Translations under genes and position numbers: made by a program
DNA from: a virus
Taxonomy: Duplodnaviria > Caudoviricetes
IMG/VR virus record: IMGVR_UViG_3300022848_000005
Direction: 5' to 3' (one strand)
Length of the DNA: 64,000 nucleotides
Notes under the pieces: generated by a model
What the model saw: the letters and a program-made list of their open reading frames with translations, nothing else
Told to the model about the DNA's origin: nothing
Databases searched by the model: none
Shown: piece after piece, positions 49,232-57,635 of the stretch
Numbering within the stretch: the stretch's first letter is position 1
How the letters are laid out: each line of letters begins with the position of its first letter

Positions 49232-50917
49232 ATGGCTTGGAAAAAATATTTTAAAATAAGCAATGACGTAGATACTGGGTACATTTCAGAATCTGCTAAA
49301 CCGACCCCTGGATTCCGTAACTATCAGAGCCAACTACCTGAAGTTTATATCGGACACCCTAATCGTGTTGAGCGTTATTCTCAGTACGAGCAAATGGACA
49401 TGGACTCTGAAGTCAATGCGGCTCTAGACACTATCGCAGAGTTCTGTACTCAGAAGAATATTGAAAACAACACTGCTTTTGACCTTGTATTCAAAGAAAC
49501 GCCTAGTGATAGCGAAATTAAAATTATTAAAGAACAACTGCAAAACTGGTGTAGTCTAAACAAACTAGACCAACGTATGTTTAAGATGTTTAGGAACGTG
49601 TTAAAGTACGGTGACCAGGTATTTGTTAGAGATCCAGAAACATTTGAAATGTACTGGGTTGAGATGTCAAAGATTGTTAAGGTCATTGTTAACGAAAGCG
49701 ACGGCAAAAGACCAGAGCAGTATGTTGTTAAAGACCTAAACCCTAACTTTCAGAACTTAACAGTTTCAGCAGTTACCACCAGCGATGTATATACCAACCG
49801 CCCACAAGTAGGTGGTCCTAATGGTGCTTACATACAACCCAATGCACCTTATGGTAGCGGTGGCTCACGTTTTACTAATGCACAAAACGAGTCTGTTGTT
49901 AATGCTGAACACGTTGTACACACTAGTCTGACAGAGGGGTTAGATGTTAATTGGCCCTTTGGAAATAGCATTTTAGAGAACGTTTTTAAAGTCTTTAAGC
50001 AGAAAGAACTACTTGAAGACGCTATTATTATATACAGGGTACAAAGAGCCCCAGAGCGTAGAGTATTTTATGTTGATGTGGGTAACATGCCAGCACATAT
50101 GGCTATGGCATTTGTTGAGCGTGTTAAAAACGAGATACATCAACGTAGAATACCAACACAAACTGGTGGCGGCACTAACATGATGGATGCCACATATAAT
50201 CCACTCAGTATTAACGAAGACTATTTCTTCCCACAGACCGGAGAAGGTCGTGGGTCTAAAGTAGAAACACTACCAGGTGGGCAGAACCTAGGCGAGATCG
50301 ACGACTTGCGTTTCTTTACAAACAAGTTGTTTAGAGGCCTACGTATTCCTAGCAGTTATTTGCCAACTGGTCCAGAAGATGGTTCACAATCTGTAAGCGA
50401 TGGGCGTGTAGGTACTGCACTTATTCAGGAATGGAGGTTTAATCAGTATTGTAAACGTCTACAGCGCATGGTTGTCGAAAAACTTGACACAGAGTTTAAG
50501 ATGTTTATGCGTTGGCGTGGCATCAACATAGACAACAGTTTATTTGATTTACACTTTAACGAACCACAAAACTTCAGTAGAAACAGACAAGCAGAGCTAG
50601 ATAACACCCGTATTAATGCGTTCTCTAATTTAGAAGCAGTGCCCTACTTAAGTAAACGCTTTATGTTACAGCGGTTCTTGGGTCTTAGTGAAGAAGAAAT
50701 GCGTGATAACGAAGAGCTCTGGAAAGAAGAAAATGGTACAGATGCTGTACCAGGTATGGACGCAGGATTACGTAGTGTTGGCGTTACGCCAGCAGGTATT
50801 GACGCTGACTTAGAAGTAGCGACTCCTCCAGAGGTACCAGAAGAGAATCCAGAAGCTAACGTAGACGTACCAGCAGGCCCAGAAGCATCTGCAAGTCCGG
50901 TTCCGGTCAGACAATAA
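49232..50917 (+). CDS. gp20: Portal vertex protein
   Basis: LLEDAIIIYRVQRAPERRVFYVDVGNMP, EDYFFP, VETLPGGQNLGEIDD. Confidence 0.95.
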   Translation: MAWKKYFKISNDVDTGYISESAKPTPGFRNYQSQLPEVYIGHPNRVERYSQYEQMDMDSEVNAALDTIAEFCTQKNIENNTAFDLVFKETPSDSEIKIIKEQLQNWCSLNKLDQRMFKMFRNVLKYGDQVFVRDPETFEMYWVEMSKIVKVIVNESDGKRPEQYVVKDLNPNFQNLTVSAVTTSDVYTNRPQVGGPNGAYIQPNAPYGSGGSRFTNAQNESVVNAEHVVHTSLTEGLDVNWPFGNSILENVFKVFKQKELLEDAIIIYRVQRAPERRVFYVDVGNMPAHMAMAFVERVKNEIHQRRIPTQTGGGTNMMDATYNPLSINEDYFFPQTGEGRGSKVETLPGGQNLGEIDDLRFFTNKLFRGLRIPSSYLPTGPEDGSQSVSDGRVGTALIQEWRFNQYCKRLQRMVVEKLDTEFKMFMRWRGINIDNSLFDLHFNEPQNFSRNRQAELDNTRINAFSNLEAVPYLSKRFMLQRFLGLSEEEMRDNEELWKEENGTDAVPGMDAGLRSVGVTPAGIDADLEVATPPEVPEENPEANVDVPAGPEASASPVPVRQ

Positions 50918-50931
50918 TAAATAATACTATT

Positions 50932-51150
50932 ATGTTACTAAACGAATTCTTAAAGAAAGATGAAGGCGAAAGTTACCCTAGTAATAACGATGATAACAGC
51001 GTTTATAAACTAAGTGACTTACGTAAGACCAGGCTCACATTGGCACAATTAAATAAGCTCAGGAATATAAGGGACGTTAAAAAAATTGAAAAATCTAAAA
51101 AAATAGAAGACGTTAGGCAACAATATAAGCCCGCACCACAGTCAATGTAA
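50932..51150 (+). CDS. Small hypothetical protein after portal
   Basis: ATAAATA 8 nt upstream; RKTRLTLAQLNKLR. Confidence 0.7.
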   Translation: MLLNEFLKKDEGESYPSNNDDNSVYKLSDLRKTRLTLAQLNKLRNIRDVKKIEKSKKIEDVRQQYKPAPQSM

Positions 51151-51272
51151 TAGCAAAAAGTTATTTGTTTTAGTGTTTTCACACTAAAACTACCCAAAAA
51201 ACCTCCTTTTTGCAGTGTAAATCTGCACCTCCGTTAAATACTACTATAATACTACTATAGGAGTAACTTCGC

Positions 51273-51923
51273 ATGAGTACAAAGTATGAACAGTTGATTG
51301 AATATATCATCAACGAAGAAGAGGATAAGGCAAAAGCACTCTTCCATGATATCGTAGTTCAAACTAGTCGTGACATCTATGAGAATCTAATTGACGAAGA
51401 CGATTTTTCTGAAGAAGAAACAGTGGATGACATGTCAGATGCTATCGAAGCTGATGAAGAAGGTATCAGTGAAGAAGACGACGAGATGGACATGGACGAC
51501 GAAGAAGAGTCAGAAGAGTCAGAAGAGTCAGAGCCAGAAATTGAAGATCGAGTTATGGATCTTGAAGACGCATTAGACCAACTCAAAGCTGAATTTGATG
51601 CCATGTTGGACGATGACGGCGACAAAGAGCCTGAAATGGACATGGAACTGGATATGGGTAACATGGGCGACCAAGAAGAGTCAGTAGAAGAACATGAAGT
51701 TGTTAGAGAATATGTTGATAAAGTTGCTCAGCCTGCTAATAATTCAGAAGCTGTCACATCACCAGTTGCTCGTAAGAACGACATGGGCGGTAAAGCAGTT
51801 GATCCTACCGGTGAAGAAAACGGTGGTTCTACTCCTAAGGTCGCACCAGGTAAGTCTTACAAGAATACCGCTGGTGGCAAAGCACCTTTAGAAAGAGCAC
51901 CTGCCGCTAAGACAGGTGAGTAA
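51273..51923 (+). CDS. Acidic prohead core-like protein (gp67/68 position)
   Basis: Very Asp/Glu-rich; between portal and protease; TTAAATA (51234-51240) and AGGAG upstream. Confidence 0.65.
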   Translation: MSTKYEQLIEYIINEEEDKAKALFHDIVVQTSRDIYENLIDEDDFSEEETVDDMSDAIEADEEGISEEDDEMDMDDEEESEESEESEPEIEDRVMDLEDALDQLKAEFDAMLDDDGDKEPEMDMELDMGNMGDQEESVEEHEVVREYVDKVAQPANNSEAVTSPVARKNDMGGKAVDPTGEENGGSTPKVAPGKSYKNTAGGKAPLERAPAAKTGE

Positions 51924-51946
51924 TTAGAGTTAACTAAGGATAAACA

Positions 51947-52570
51947 ATGACATTACTTAAAGAACATTTAACATTTGATGCGGCCCGTATGGTAACAGAA
52001 GGCTCTGACGATGGTAAAGATATGTTTATGAAAGGTATTTTCATTCAGGGTGGTGTTAAGAATGAAAATAAACGAATTTATCCTGTTTCAGAAATCTCTA
52101 ATGCAGTCAGTACTGTCAATGAACAAATTAAGGGTGGTTACTCCGTTTTAGGCGAAGTTGACCATCCAGATGATTTGAAAATTAACTTAGATCGTGTTAG
52201 CCACATGATTACTGAAATGTGGATGGACGGACCTAATGGTTTTGGTAAATTAAAATTATTACCAACCCCAATGGGACAATTAGTAAAAACTATGTTAGAA
52301 TCGGGCGTCAAACTTGGTGTAAGTTCTAGAGGCAGTGGTCAGGTCTCAGAATCATCAGGAGACGTTAGCGGTTTTGAAATTGTAACAGTAGATGTAGTTG
52401 CACAACCAAGTGCTCCTAACGCATATCCAACAACTGTGTATGAAGGGTTGATGAATATGAGGGGCGGACACAAGGTTCTCGAAATGGCAGCTGATGCCGG
52501 TGCAAATCAAAAAGTACAGAAGTACTTAAAAGAGCAAGTAACACGCTTAATTAAGAACTTAAAAATTTAG
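51947..52570 (+). CDS. gp21: Prohead protease
   Basis: KGIFIQG..N.N.RIYP, GEVDHP, GVSSRG. Confidence 0.93.
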   Translation: MTLLKEHLTFDAARMVTEGSDDGKDMFMKGIFIQGGVKNENKRIYPVSEISNAVSTVNEQIKGGYSVLGEVDHPDDLKINLDRVSHMITEMWMDGPNGFGKLKLLPTPMGQLVKTMLESGVKLGVSSRGSGQVSESSGDVSGFEIVTVDVVAQPSAPNAYPTTVYEGLMNMRGGHKVLEMAADAGANQKVQKYLKEQVTRLIKNLKI

Positions 52571-52579
52571 GAGATCCGT

Positions 52580-53677
52580 ATGTTAGAAGCAATCAAACCA
52601 TTGCTAGATAGCGGAATTATTAACGAAGAAACAGAGATAGCAATTAATGAGGCGTGGGAAGCAAAACTTTCTGAAGCTAAAGAAATTGTTCGTTCTGAAC
52701 TCCGTGAAGAGTTTTCGCAACGCTATGAACATGACAAATCCGTCATGGTTGAGGCTTTAGACAAAATGGTCAACGAGTCTTTATCTAAAGAACTTCAGGA
52801 ATTCGCTGAAGACAAGAAGAGATTAGCAGAAGATAGAGTTAAGTACAACACAAAGATGTCTGAAACAGCAGATAAGTTTAAAGGCTTCTTAGTTGGTAAA
52901 CTAACCGATGAACTCAAAGAGTTACGTGAAGACCGCAAGACAATGGCTGGTACAATGGCCAAAGTTGAGCAGTTCGTTATTCGTCAACTTGCTGAGGAAC
53001 TTAAAGAATTCGAACAGGACAAGAAAGCCATTGTGGAAACAAAGGTCAGACTTGTTACTCGAGCGAAGGAAAAGTTAGATGAACTTAAGACTAAATTCGT
53101 TGCTAGATCTTCCGCATTAGTTAAAGAAACAGTTGCTACAAATCTAGAGTCTGAGTTAACTCAACTCAAAGAAGACATCCAAACAGCTCGTGAGAATATG
53201 TTTGGGCGTAGATTGTTTGAAGCATTTGCAGGCGAATTTGCTGGTACTCACTTAAATGAGAATCAGGAGATTAAAAAACTTATGAGCATTATTGCTCAGA
53301 AGGATGTGAAACTTGCAGAAGCTACACAATCACAAGAGGAAGCTAAGAAATTAGTTGAATCTACAAAGAGCGAAATTAAAGTCATTAAGGAATCTAGTGA
53401 GAGAAAAGAAACACTCAATGGATTACTTAGTACATTAAACAAAGAGAAAGCCACGGTAATGCGTGACTTGCTCGAATCAGTGCAGACCGATAAACTTGGA
53501 TCTGCATTTGACAAGTATTTGCCAGCAGTACTTAATAATTCCAAGATCGAACACGCCGCAAAGCACGTTCTTTCAGAGAACAAAAAAGTAGTAACTGGTG
53601 ATAAAATCACTGCAAAAGACGTTGTTAAGGAAGATGGCACTAATATCATCCAACTAAAGCGTTTAGCAGGGCTATAA
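52580..53677 (+). CDS. gp22: Prohead scaffolding protein
   Basis: Long acidic coiled coil between gp21 and gp23. Confidence 0.8.
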   Translation: MLEAIKPLLDSGIINEETEIAINEAWEAKLSEAKEIVRSELREEFSQRYEHDKSVMVEALDKMVNESLSKELQEFAEDKKRLAEDRVKYNTKMSETADKFKGFLVGKLTDELKELREDRKTMAGTMAKVEQFVIRQLAEELKEFEQDKKAIVETKVRLVTRAKEKLDELKTKFVARSSALVKETVATNLESELTQLKEDIQTARENMFGRRLFEAFAGEFAGTHLNENQEIKKLMSIIAQKDVKLAEATQSQEEAKKLVESTKSEIKVIKESSERKETLNGLLSTLNKEKATVMRDLLESVQTDKLGSAFDKYLPAVLNNSKIEHAAKHVLSENKKVVTGDKITAKDVVKEDGTNIIQLKRLAGL

Positions 53678-53708
53678 ATTAATAAATTATTATTAGGAGA
53701 AAACTGAA

Positions 53709-54893
53709 ATGTCAGATAATTTACTAGAAGGCCGTTGGGGTGAGACCAAAGAAGCTCTGTTAGAAGGTTTACAAGGTTCCCGCCGTACAACAATGTCTTC
53801 CATATTGGAAAACACAAGAAAGCACTTAGCAGAATCCGCCACTGGCGGTGCAACAACTAGTGGTAACGTTGCAACTCTTAACCGAGTTATTCTTCCCGTA
53901 ATTAGACGAGTTATGCCAACTGTTATTGCCAACGAAATTGTTGGAGTACAGCCAATGACTGGTCCAGTTGCACAGATTCACACATTACGTGTGCGTTACG
54001 CTGAAACAGCAACATCTACAGCAAGTGCACCGTTTAATACAAACACAACATCAGGTGACGAAGCACTTTCACCATTCAAAATTGCCACAGCATACTCTGG
54101 TTCAACATCAACTGGTCGTGCAGACAGCACAGCATCATTTGAAGGTTCACCAGGACGTAAGATCAACGTTCAGATCTTAAAGCAAGTTGTTGAAGCTAAA
54201 ACACGTAAGCTATCAGCTCGTTGGACATTTGAAGCCGCACAAGACGCACAGTCAATGCACGGTTTAGATGTTGAAGCAGAGATTATGGCTGCATTAGCTC
54301 AAGAGATCACTGTTGAAATTGACCAGGAAGTACTTGGTTCTTTACGTAGCCTTGCGGCAACTGAAGAAACATACAACCAGGCAGCAGTATCTGGTACAGC
54401 TACTTACGTTGGTGACGAGCATGCCGCATTGGCAGTTCTTATCAACAGAACAGCAAACAAGATTGCACAAAGAACAAGACGTGGTGCAGGTAACTGGGCA
54501 GTTGTTTCCCCAGCCGCACTAACAGTTTTACAGAGTGCAACAACATCAGCTTTCGCACGGACAACTGAAGGCACATTTGAAGCACCTACAAACACTAAGT
54601 TTGTTGGTACACTAAATGGCGCAATGAAAGTTTATGTTGATAGCTATGCAAGTGACTCAACCGCAGTTCTAGTTGGTTATAAGGGTTCAAGCGAGGCAGA
54701 TGCCGCGGCTTTCTATTGCCCATATATTCCATTAATGAGCAGTGGAGTTGTTCTTGATCCAGCAACGTTTGAGCCAGTAGTTGGCTTTATGACTCGCTAC
54801 GGATACGTAGAGCTCACAAATTCCGCTTCATCGCTCGGTAACGCCGGCGATTATCTGGGTGAAATTGCCATAAGCAATTTGTCCTTCTCATAA
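53709..54893 (+). CDS. gp23: Major capsid protein
   Basis: GVQPMTGP, VEAKTRKLSARWTFEAAQDAQSMHGLDVEAE, AFYCPYIPL, FMTRYG. Confidence 0.96.
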   Translation: MSDNLLEGRWGETKEALLEGLQGSRRTTMSSILENTRKHLAESATGGATTSGNVATLNRVILPVIRRVMPTVIANEIVGVQPMTGPVAQIHTLRVRYAETATSTASAPFNTNTTSGDEALSPFKIATAYSGSTSTGRADSTASFEGSPGRKINVQILKQVVEAKTRKLSARWTFEAAQDAQSMHGLDVEAEIMAALAQEITVEIDQEVLGSLRSLAATEETYNQAAVSGTATYVGDEHAALAVLINRTANKIAQRTRRGAGNWAVVSPAALTVLQSATTSAFARTTEGTFEAPTNTKFVGTLNGAMKVYVDSYASDSTAVLVGYKGSSEADAAAFYCPYIPLMSSGVVLDPATFEPVVGFMTRYGYVELTNSASSLGNAGDYLGEIAISNLSFS

Positions 54894-54945
54894 TTGTAGA
54901 AGTCAAAACGCAACAAAAAATTCCTGTTCGGAATGGGATACAAGG

Positions 54946-54969
54946 AAGGGGTCGCAAGGCCCCTTTTTT
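54946..54969 (+). terminator. Rho-independent terminator after gp23
   Basis: AAGGGGTC-GCAA-GGCCCCTT-TTTT. Confidence 0.9.
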
Positions 54970-54977
54970 GTGGCTAA

Positions 54978-55121
54978 AAGAAGCAGTCAGCAGAAACCAT
55001 CGCTAAAAAAGCAGAATTATTGCGTGGACAGCCCAGAGAGAAACGTTATTGTCAACATTGTGACAGGCAGATCTCACTTGGTTGGTACAATAGACACAGT
55101 GACAACTGTAAGTCAAAATAA
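54978..55121 (+). pseudogene. Start-less remnant of a homing-endonuclease C-terminal zinc finger
   Basis: KKQSAETIAKKAELLRGQPREKRYCQHCDRQISLGWYNRHSDNCKSK*; in-frame stop immediately before and no start codon. Confidence 0.6.
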
Positions 55122-55122
55122 C

Positions 55123-55153
55123 TTGACTTAACTCCCGACTTACTGTATAAATA
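55123..55153 (+). promoter_or_regulatory. Composite sigma70 plus late promoter of the riboswitch unit
   Basis: TTGACT-N17-TATAAA, with the -10 embedded in TATAAATA. Confidence 0.7.
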
Positions 55154-55159
55154 TATATA

Positions 55160-55209
55160 CGTTCAGGCAATAGCCCGGAAGTAGACTTTACTATTAGTCG
55201 AAGGAACGC
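55160..55209 (+). ncRNA. glnA-type (glutamine-I) riboswitch aptamer 1
   Basis: CGTTC-A-GGC(AATA)GCC-CGGAAGTA-GACT(ttactatt)AGTC-GAAG-GAACGC matches the glnA three-way-junction consensus. Confidence 0.85.
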
Positions 55210-55217
55210 ATTATCAT

Positions 55218-55266
55218 CGTTCATCTCAAAAGAGACGGAAGTAGGTAATGGTTACCGAAGGAACGC
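55218..55266 (+). ncRNA. glnA-type (glutamine-I) riboswitch aptamer 2
   Basis: CGTTC-A-TCTC(AAAA)GAGA-CGGAAGTA-GGTAA(tgg)TTACC-GAAG-GAACGC; P2 and P3 differ from aptamer 1 while pairing is kept. Confidence 0.85.
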
Positions 55267-55294
55267 ACCTAACTGTAAGAAGGAGGGTGTTGAC

Positions 55295-55396
55295 ATGACA
55301 TTGTGGACTCGATATTGTAGAGCTCATGCACAACAAGACTATCATAAGGCTTGTATGCTTAAATTGTTTCTGTTACGTGCATTTGTACACTACTAA
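55295..55396 (+). CDS. 33-aa peptide downstream of the tandem riboswitch (not in ORF track)
   Basis: AAGGAGG SD 8 nt before ATG; MTLWTRYCRAHAQQDYHKACMLKLFLLRAFVHY. Confidence 0.7.
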   Translation: MTLWTRYCRAHAQQDYHKACMLKLFLLRAFVHY

Positions 55397-55413
55397 TAAG
55401 TAAGCATCAATTT

Positions 55414-55441
55414 AAGGGATCGAAATTTGATCCCTTTCTTA
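55414..55441 (+). terminator. Terminator closing the riboswitch-peptide unit
   Basis: AAGGGATC-GAAATTT-GATCCCTT-TCTT. Confidence 0.75.
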
Positions 55442-55454
55442 TGGCTTCATAATC

Positions 55455-55462
55455 TATAAATA
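55455..55462 (+). promoter_or_regulatory. Late promoter (exact T4 consensus)
   Basis: TATAAATA. Confidence 0.7.
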
Positions 55463-55577
55463 CTACTGTTCAGTAGTTAGGTAAACAGGAAAATTTTTCC
55501 TGTCCAAACTGACTTATGCTGTTCCCACAGCGTAGCGACTAGAACTCGCATTGGACTTCTTAACAAGGAGAAAACAA

Positions 55578-56012
55578 ATGGGAAGACCTATTAAAACTGC
55601 CGAATCAGTTGGCGGCAATCTTAAAGTAGCATCAGCATCAACAGCATTACCAATTGGTTCAAATGCTCTAAGTGGCAATCAAATAGTTATGAAAGCATAC
55701 ATTACAGGCGGTAGTGTTCAAGACACAACACTAGTTCTACAAAAAGGAACAAAGAAATTCCGTTGTACAAATAGTGATGGAACCGAGTCTCTGCAATTAA
55801 CATCAGTAGTGCATGGTTCATTAGCACAAGGACAATGTCAGATTACTGGTACAGATAGTGCCGGTGGTACTTACTTTGCAAGTAAAATTACAGGACGTCA
55901 TTTTCATGTAGGCAATCTTGGAACAGGATCACAATTTGCAGTTGGTGATAAGGCTTTATTAGTCGCATCAGGACCAGAAGCAAATGTAAGTGTTTCAGTA
56001 CCGAACAGTTAA
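55578..56012 (+). CDS. Hypothetical virion-module protein (MGRPIK start, 144 aa)
   Basis: AAGGAG SD precedes the ATG at 55578; the track's TTG at 55551 is probably not the start. Confidence 0.75.
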   Translation: MGRPIKTAESVGGNLKVASASTALPIGSNALSGNQIVMKAYITGGSVQDTTLVLQKGTKKFRCTNSDGTESLQLTSVVHGSLAQGQCQITGTDSAGGTYFASKITGRHFHVGNLGTGSQFAVGDKALLVASGPEANVSVSVPNS

Positions 56013-56027
56013 TATTTTTTTAACAGT

Positions 56028-56064
56028 AAAGGCTACAGTGATAATTACAGTGTAGCCTTTTTTT
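56028..56064 (+). terminator. Rho-independent terminator
   Basis: AAAGGCTACA...TGTAGCCTTT-TTTT. Confidence 0.75.
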
Positions 56065-56649
56065 ATGACACCAATAGCATTTATTATCGGAAACGGACGT
56101 AGCAGACTAGATGTAGACCTTAATACACTACGAGGTCGAGGCATGACCTACGGCTGTAATGCACTATACCGGGACTTTGTTCCTGACGTACTGATAGCAA
56201 CTGATAACGGTATTGCTAAAGAAATACAAGAATCAGGATATGCTAACACAAATAGATTCTATACCAGAAGACCACAAGAAGGATCAGGAGCGAAACCTAT
56301 AGAATACAATTATGGATGGTCAAGTGGACAAGTTGCACTAAGTTATGCCGCCCACGCAAAGCACAGTTATTTGTATATGATTGGATTTGATTTAGCAGGG
56401 CTTGACAGCAATACCAAGTTTAATAATGTATATGCAGGCACTGACCACTATAAAAGATCGGAAGAGCGAGCAACATTTTACGGTAACTGGTTAAAACAGA
56501 TACATCAAACAGCTACAGAGTTTAAAAATACAAGGTTTGTTAGGGTAATTTCAGAGTCTGGATATGAGCCACCAGAGCTTGGTCCTTTAAAAAACCTGCA
56601 ACACATGTCTACAACTGACTTTAAAACTGTACTAAATACATTGAAATAG
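56065..56649 (+). CDS. MptE/Maf-like (sialyltransferase-like fold) protein
   Basis: AFIIGNGRS, YGCNALYRD..D, SSG..A, LYMIGFD. Confidence 0.6.
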   Translation: MTPIAFIIGNGRSRLDVDLNTLRGRGMTYGCNALYRDFVPDVLIATDNGIAKEIQESGYANTNRFYTRRPQEGSGAKPIEYNYGWSSGQVALSYAAHAKHSYLYMIGFDLAGLDSNTKFNNVYAGTDHYKRSEERATFYGNWLKQIHQTATEFKNTRFVRVISESGYEPPELGPLKNLQHMSTTDFKTVLNTLK

Positions 56650-56660
56650 GTAGAAAAAGA

Positions 56661-57314
56661 ATGTCCACAACCAAACGAGTTTCCGGTGATTACCATATAA
56701 GTTCAGTAGATGTAAGTACTGATAATGTTATTATTACGACACACACAGTTACGGTTAACGGTAACCTAACAGTTACGGGAACAACTACATCTGTTGAAAC
56801 AACTAACACAGAAGTATCAGATAACACAATTACGCTTAATAGTGGCGAGGCTGGTGCGGGCGTTACTGCTGGAACAAGTGGTATTGAAGTTGAACGAGGA
56901 TCTTTAACAAACGCTAAATTTGTTTTTGATGAAACATCGGACACCTGGCAAGTTGATAACGGAACAGGATCATTAGCCACTGTTCTTACGGTAGGCGGTG
57001 CAGGTATTGCCAGCGTTGTTGAAGACACAACGCCCCAACTAGGCGGTAATTTAGACATTAACGGTTTTAATATTACTAGTTCAAGATCCAACGAGGATGT
57101 CGTTATTGATCCTAATGGCACTGGTAAACTGGAAGTAGCAAGTGAACTAAAATTATTGGAAGTAGGGAGCGATCCCTCAGCAGTAGCAACACATACTTTT
57201 GTTTATGCAAAGAATCCGGGTGCAGGGCAAACAGGATTATATGTAGCAAACGCTACAAGAACAGACGAAGTAGCCTCAAATAAGAGAGCTAGATTATACG
57301 GATTAATTTTTTAA
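56661..57314 (+). CDS. Virion structural protein
   Basis: GNLTVTGTTTSVETTN..DN.I.LN, GIEVERG, EDTTPQLGGNLD; CTAAATA at 56632. Confidence 0.65.
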   Translation: MSTTKRVSGDYHISSVDVSTDNVIITTHTVTVNGNLTVTGTTTSVETTNTEVSDNTITLNSGEAGAGVTAGTSGIEVERGSLTNAKFVFDETSDTWQVDNGTGSLATVLTVGGAGIASVVEDTTPQLGGNLDINGFNITSSRSNEDVVIDPNGTGKLEVASELKLLEVGSDPSAVATHTFVYAKNPGAGQTGLYVANATRTDEVASNKRARLYGLIF

Positions 57315-57326
57315 TAGGAACATAGA

Positions 57327-57635
57327 ATGGCAATAGAAAATACAGCAGTAGGTGCTACCAATACAGACATTTACACCTCAACCGGAGAGACTTGTGCTAT
57401 AACCATGTATTTTTGTAACTATAGCGGTGCAGGTAGGACTATATCTTTATACGTAGTACCTAGCGGAGACAGTGCCGATAATACTACTATTATTATTAAA
57501 GATGTTGCAATTACTGCATCCGACACATATATATTATCTGGTGACAGGATAATTCTTGATAATGGCGACAAAGTTATTGCCATTGCTGACGCAGGCTCGG
57601 CTATAACTGCAACAGTAAGTTATGTGAGCGTATAA
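57327..57635 (+). CDS. Small virion structural protein
   Basis: Beta-sandwich-like sequence with AGGA SD, in the late operon. Confidence 0.6.
   Translation: MAIENTAVGATNTDIYTSTGETCAITMYFCNYSGAGRTISLYVVPSGDSADNTTIIIKDVAITASDTYILSGDRIILDNGDKVIAIADAGSAITATVSYVSV

Noticed and set aside
55160-55290. CsrA/RsmA-sponge sRNA (five GGA motifs)
   Set aside because: Four GGAs are junction or P1 residues of the glnA aptamers and the fifth is the SD; none sits in a hairpin loop.
55502-55556. Hammerhead ribozyme
   Set aside because: The junction is CTGACTT rather than CUGANGA, and the GAAA strand is missing.
55551-55577. Track start of the 153-aa ORF at TTG 55551
   Set aside because: The SD AAGGAG lies downstream of it and supports ATG 55578; 55551 is part of the leader stem.
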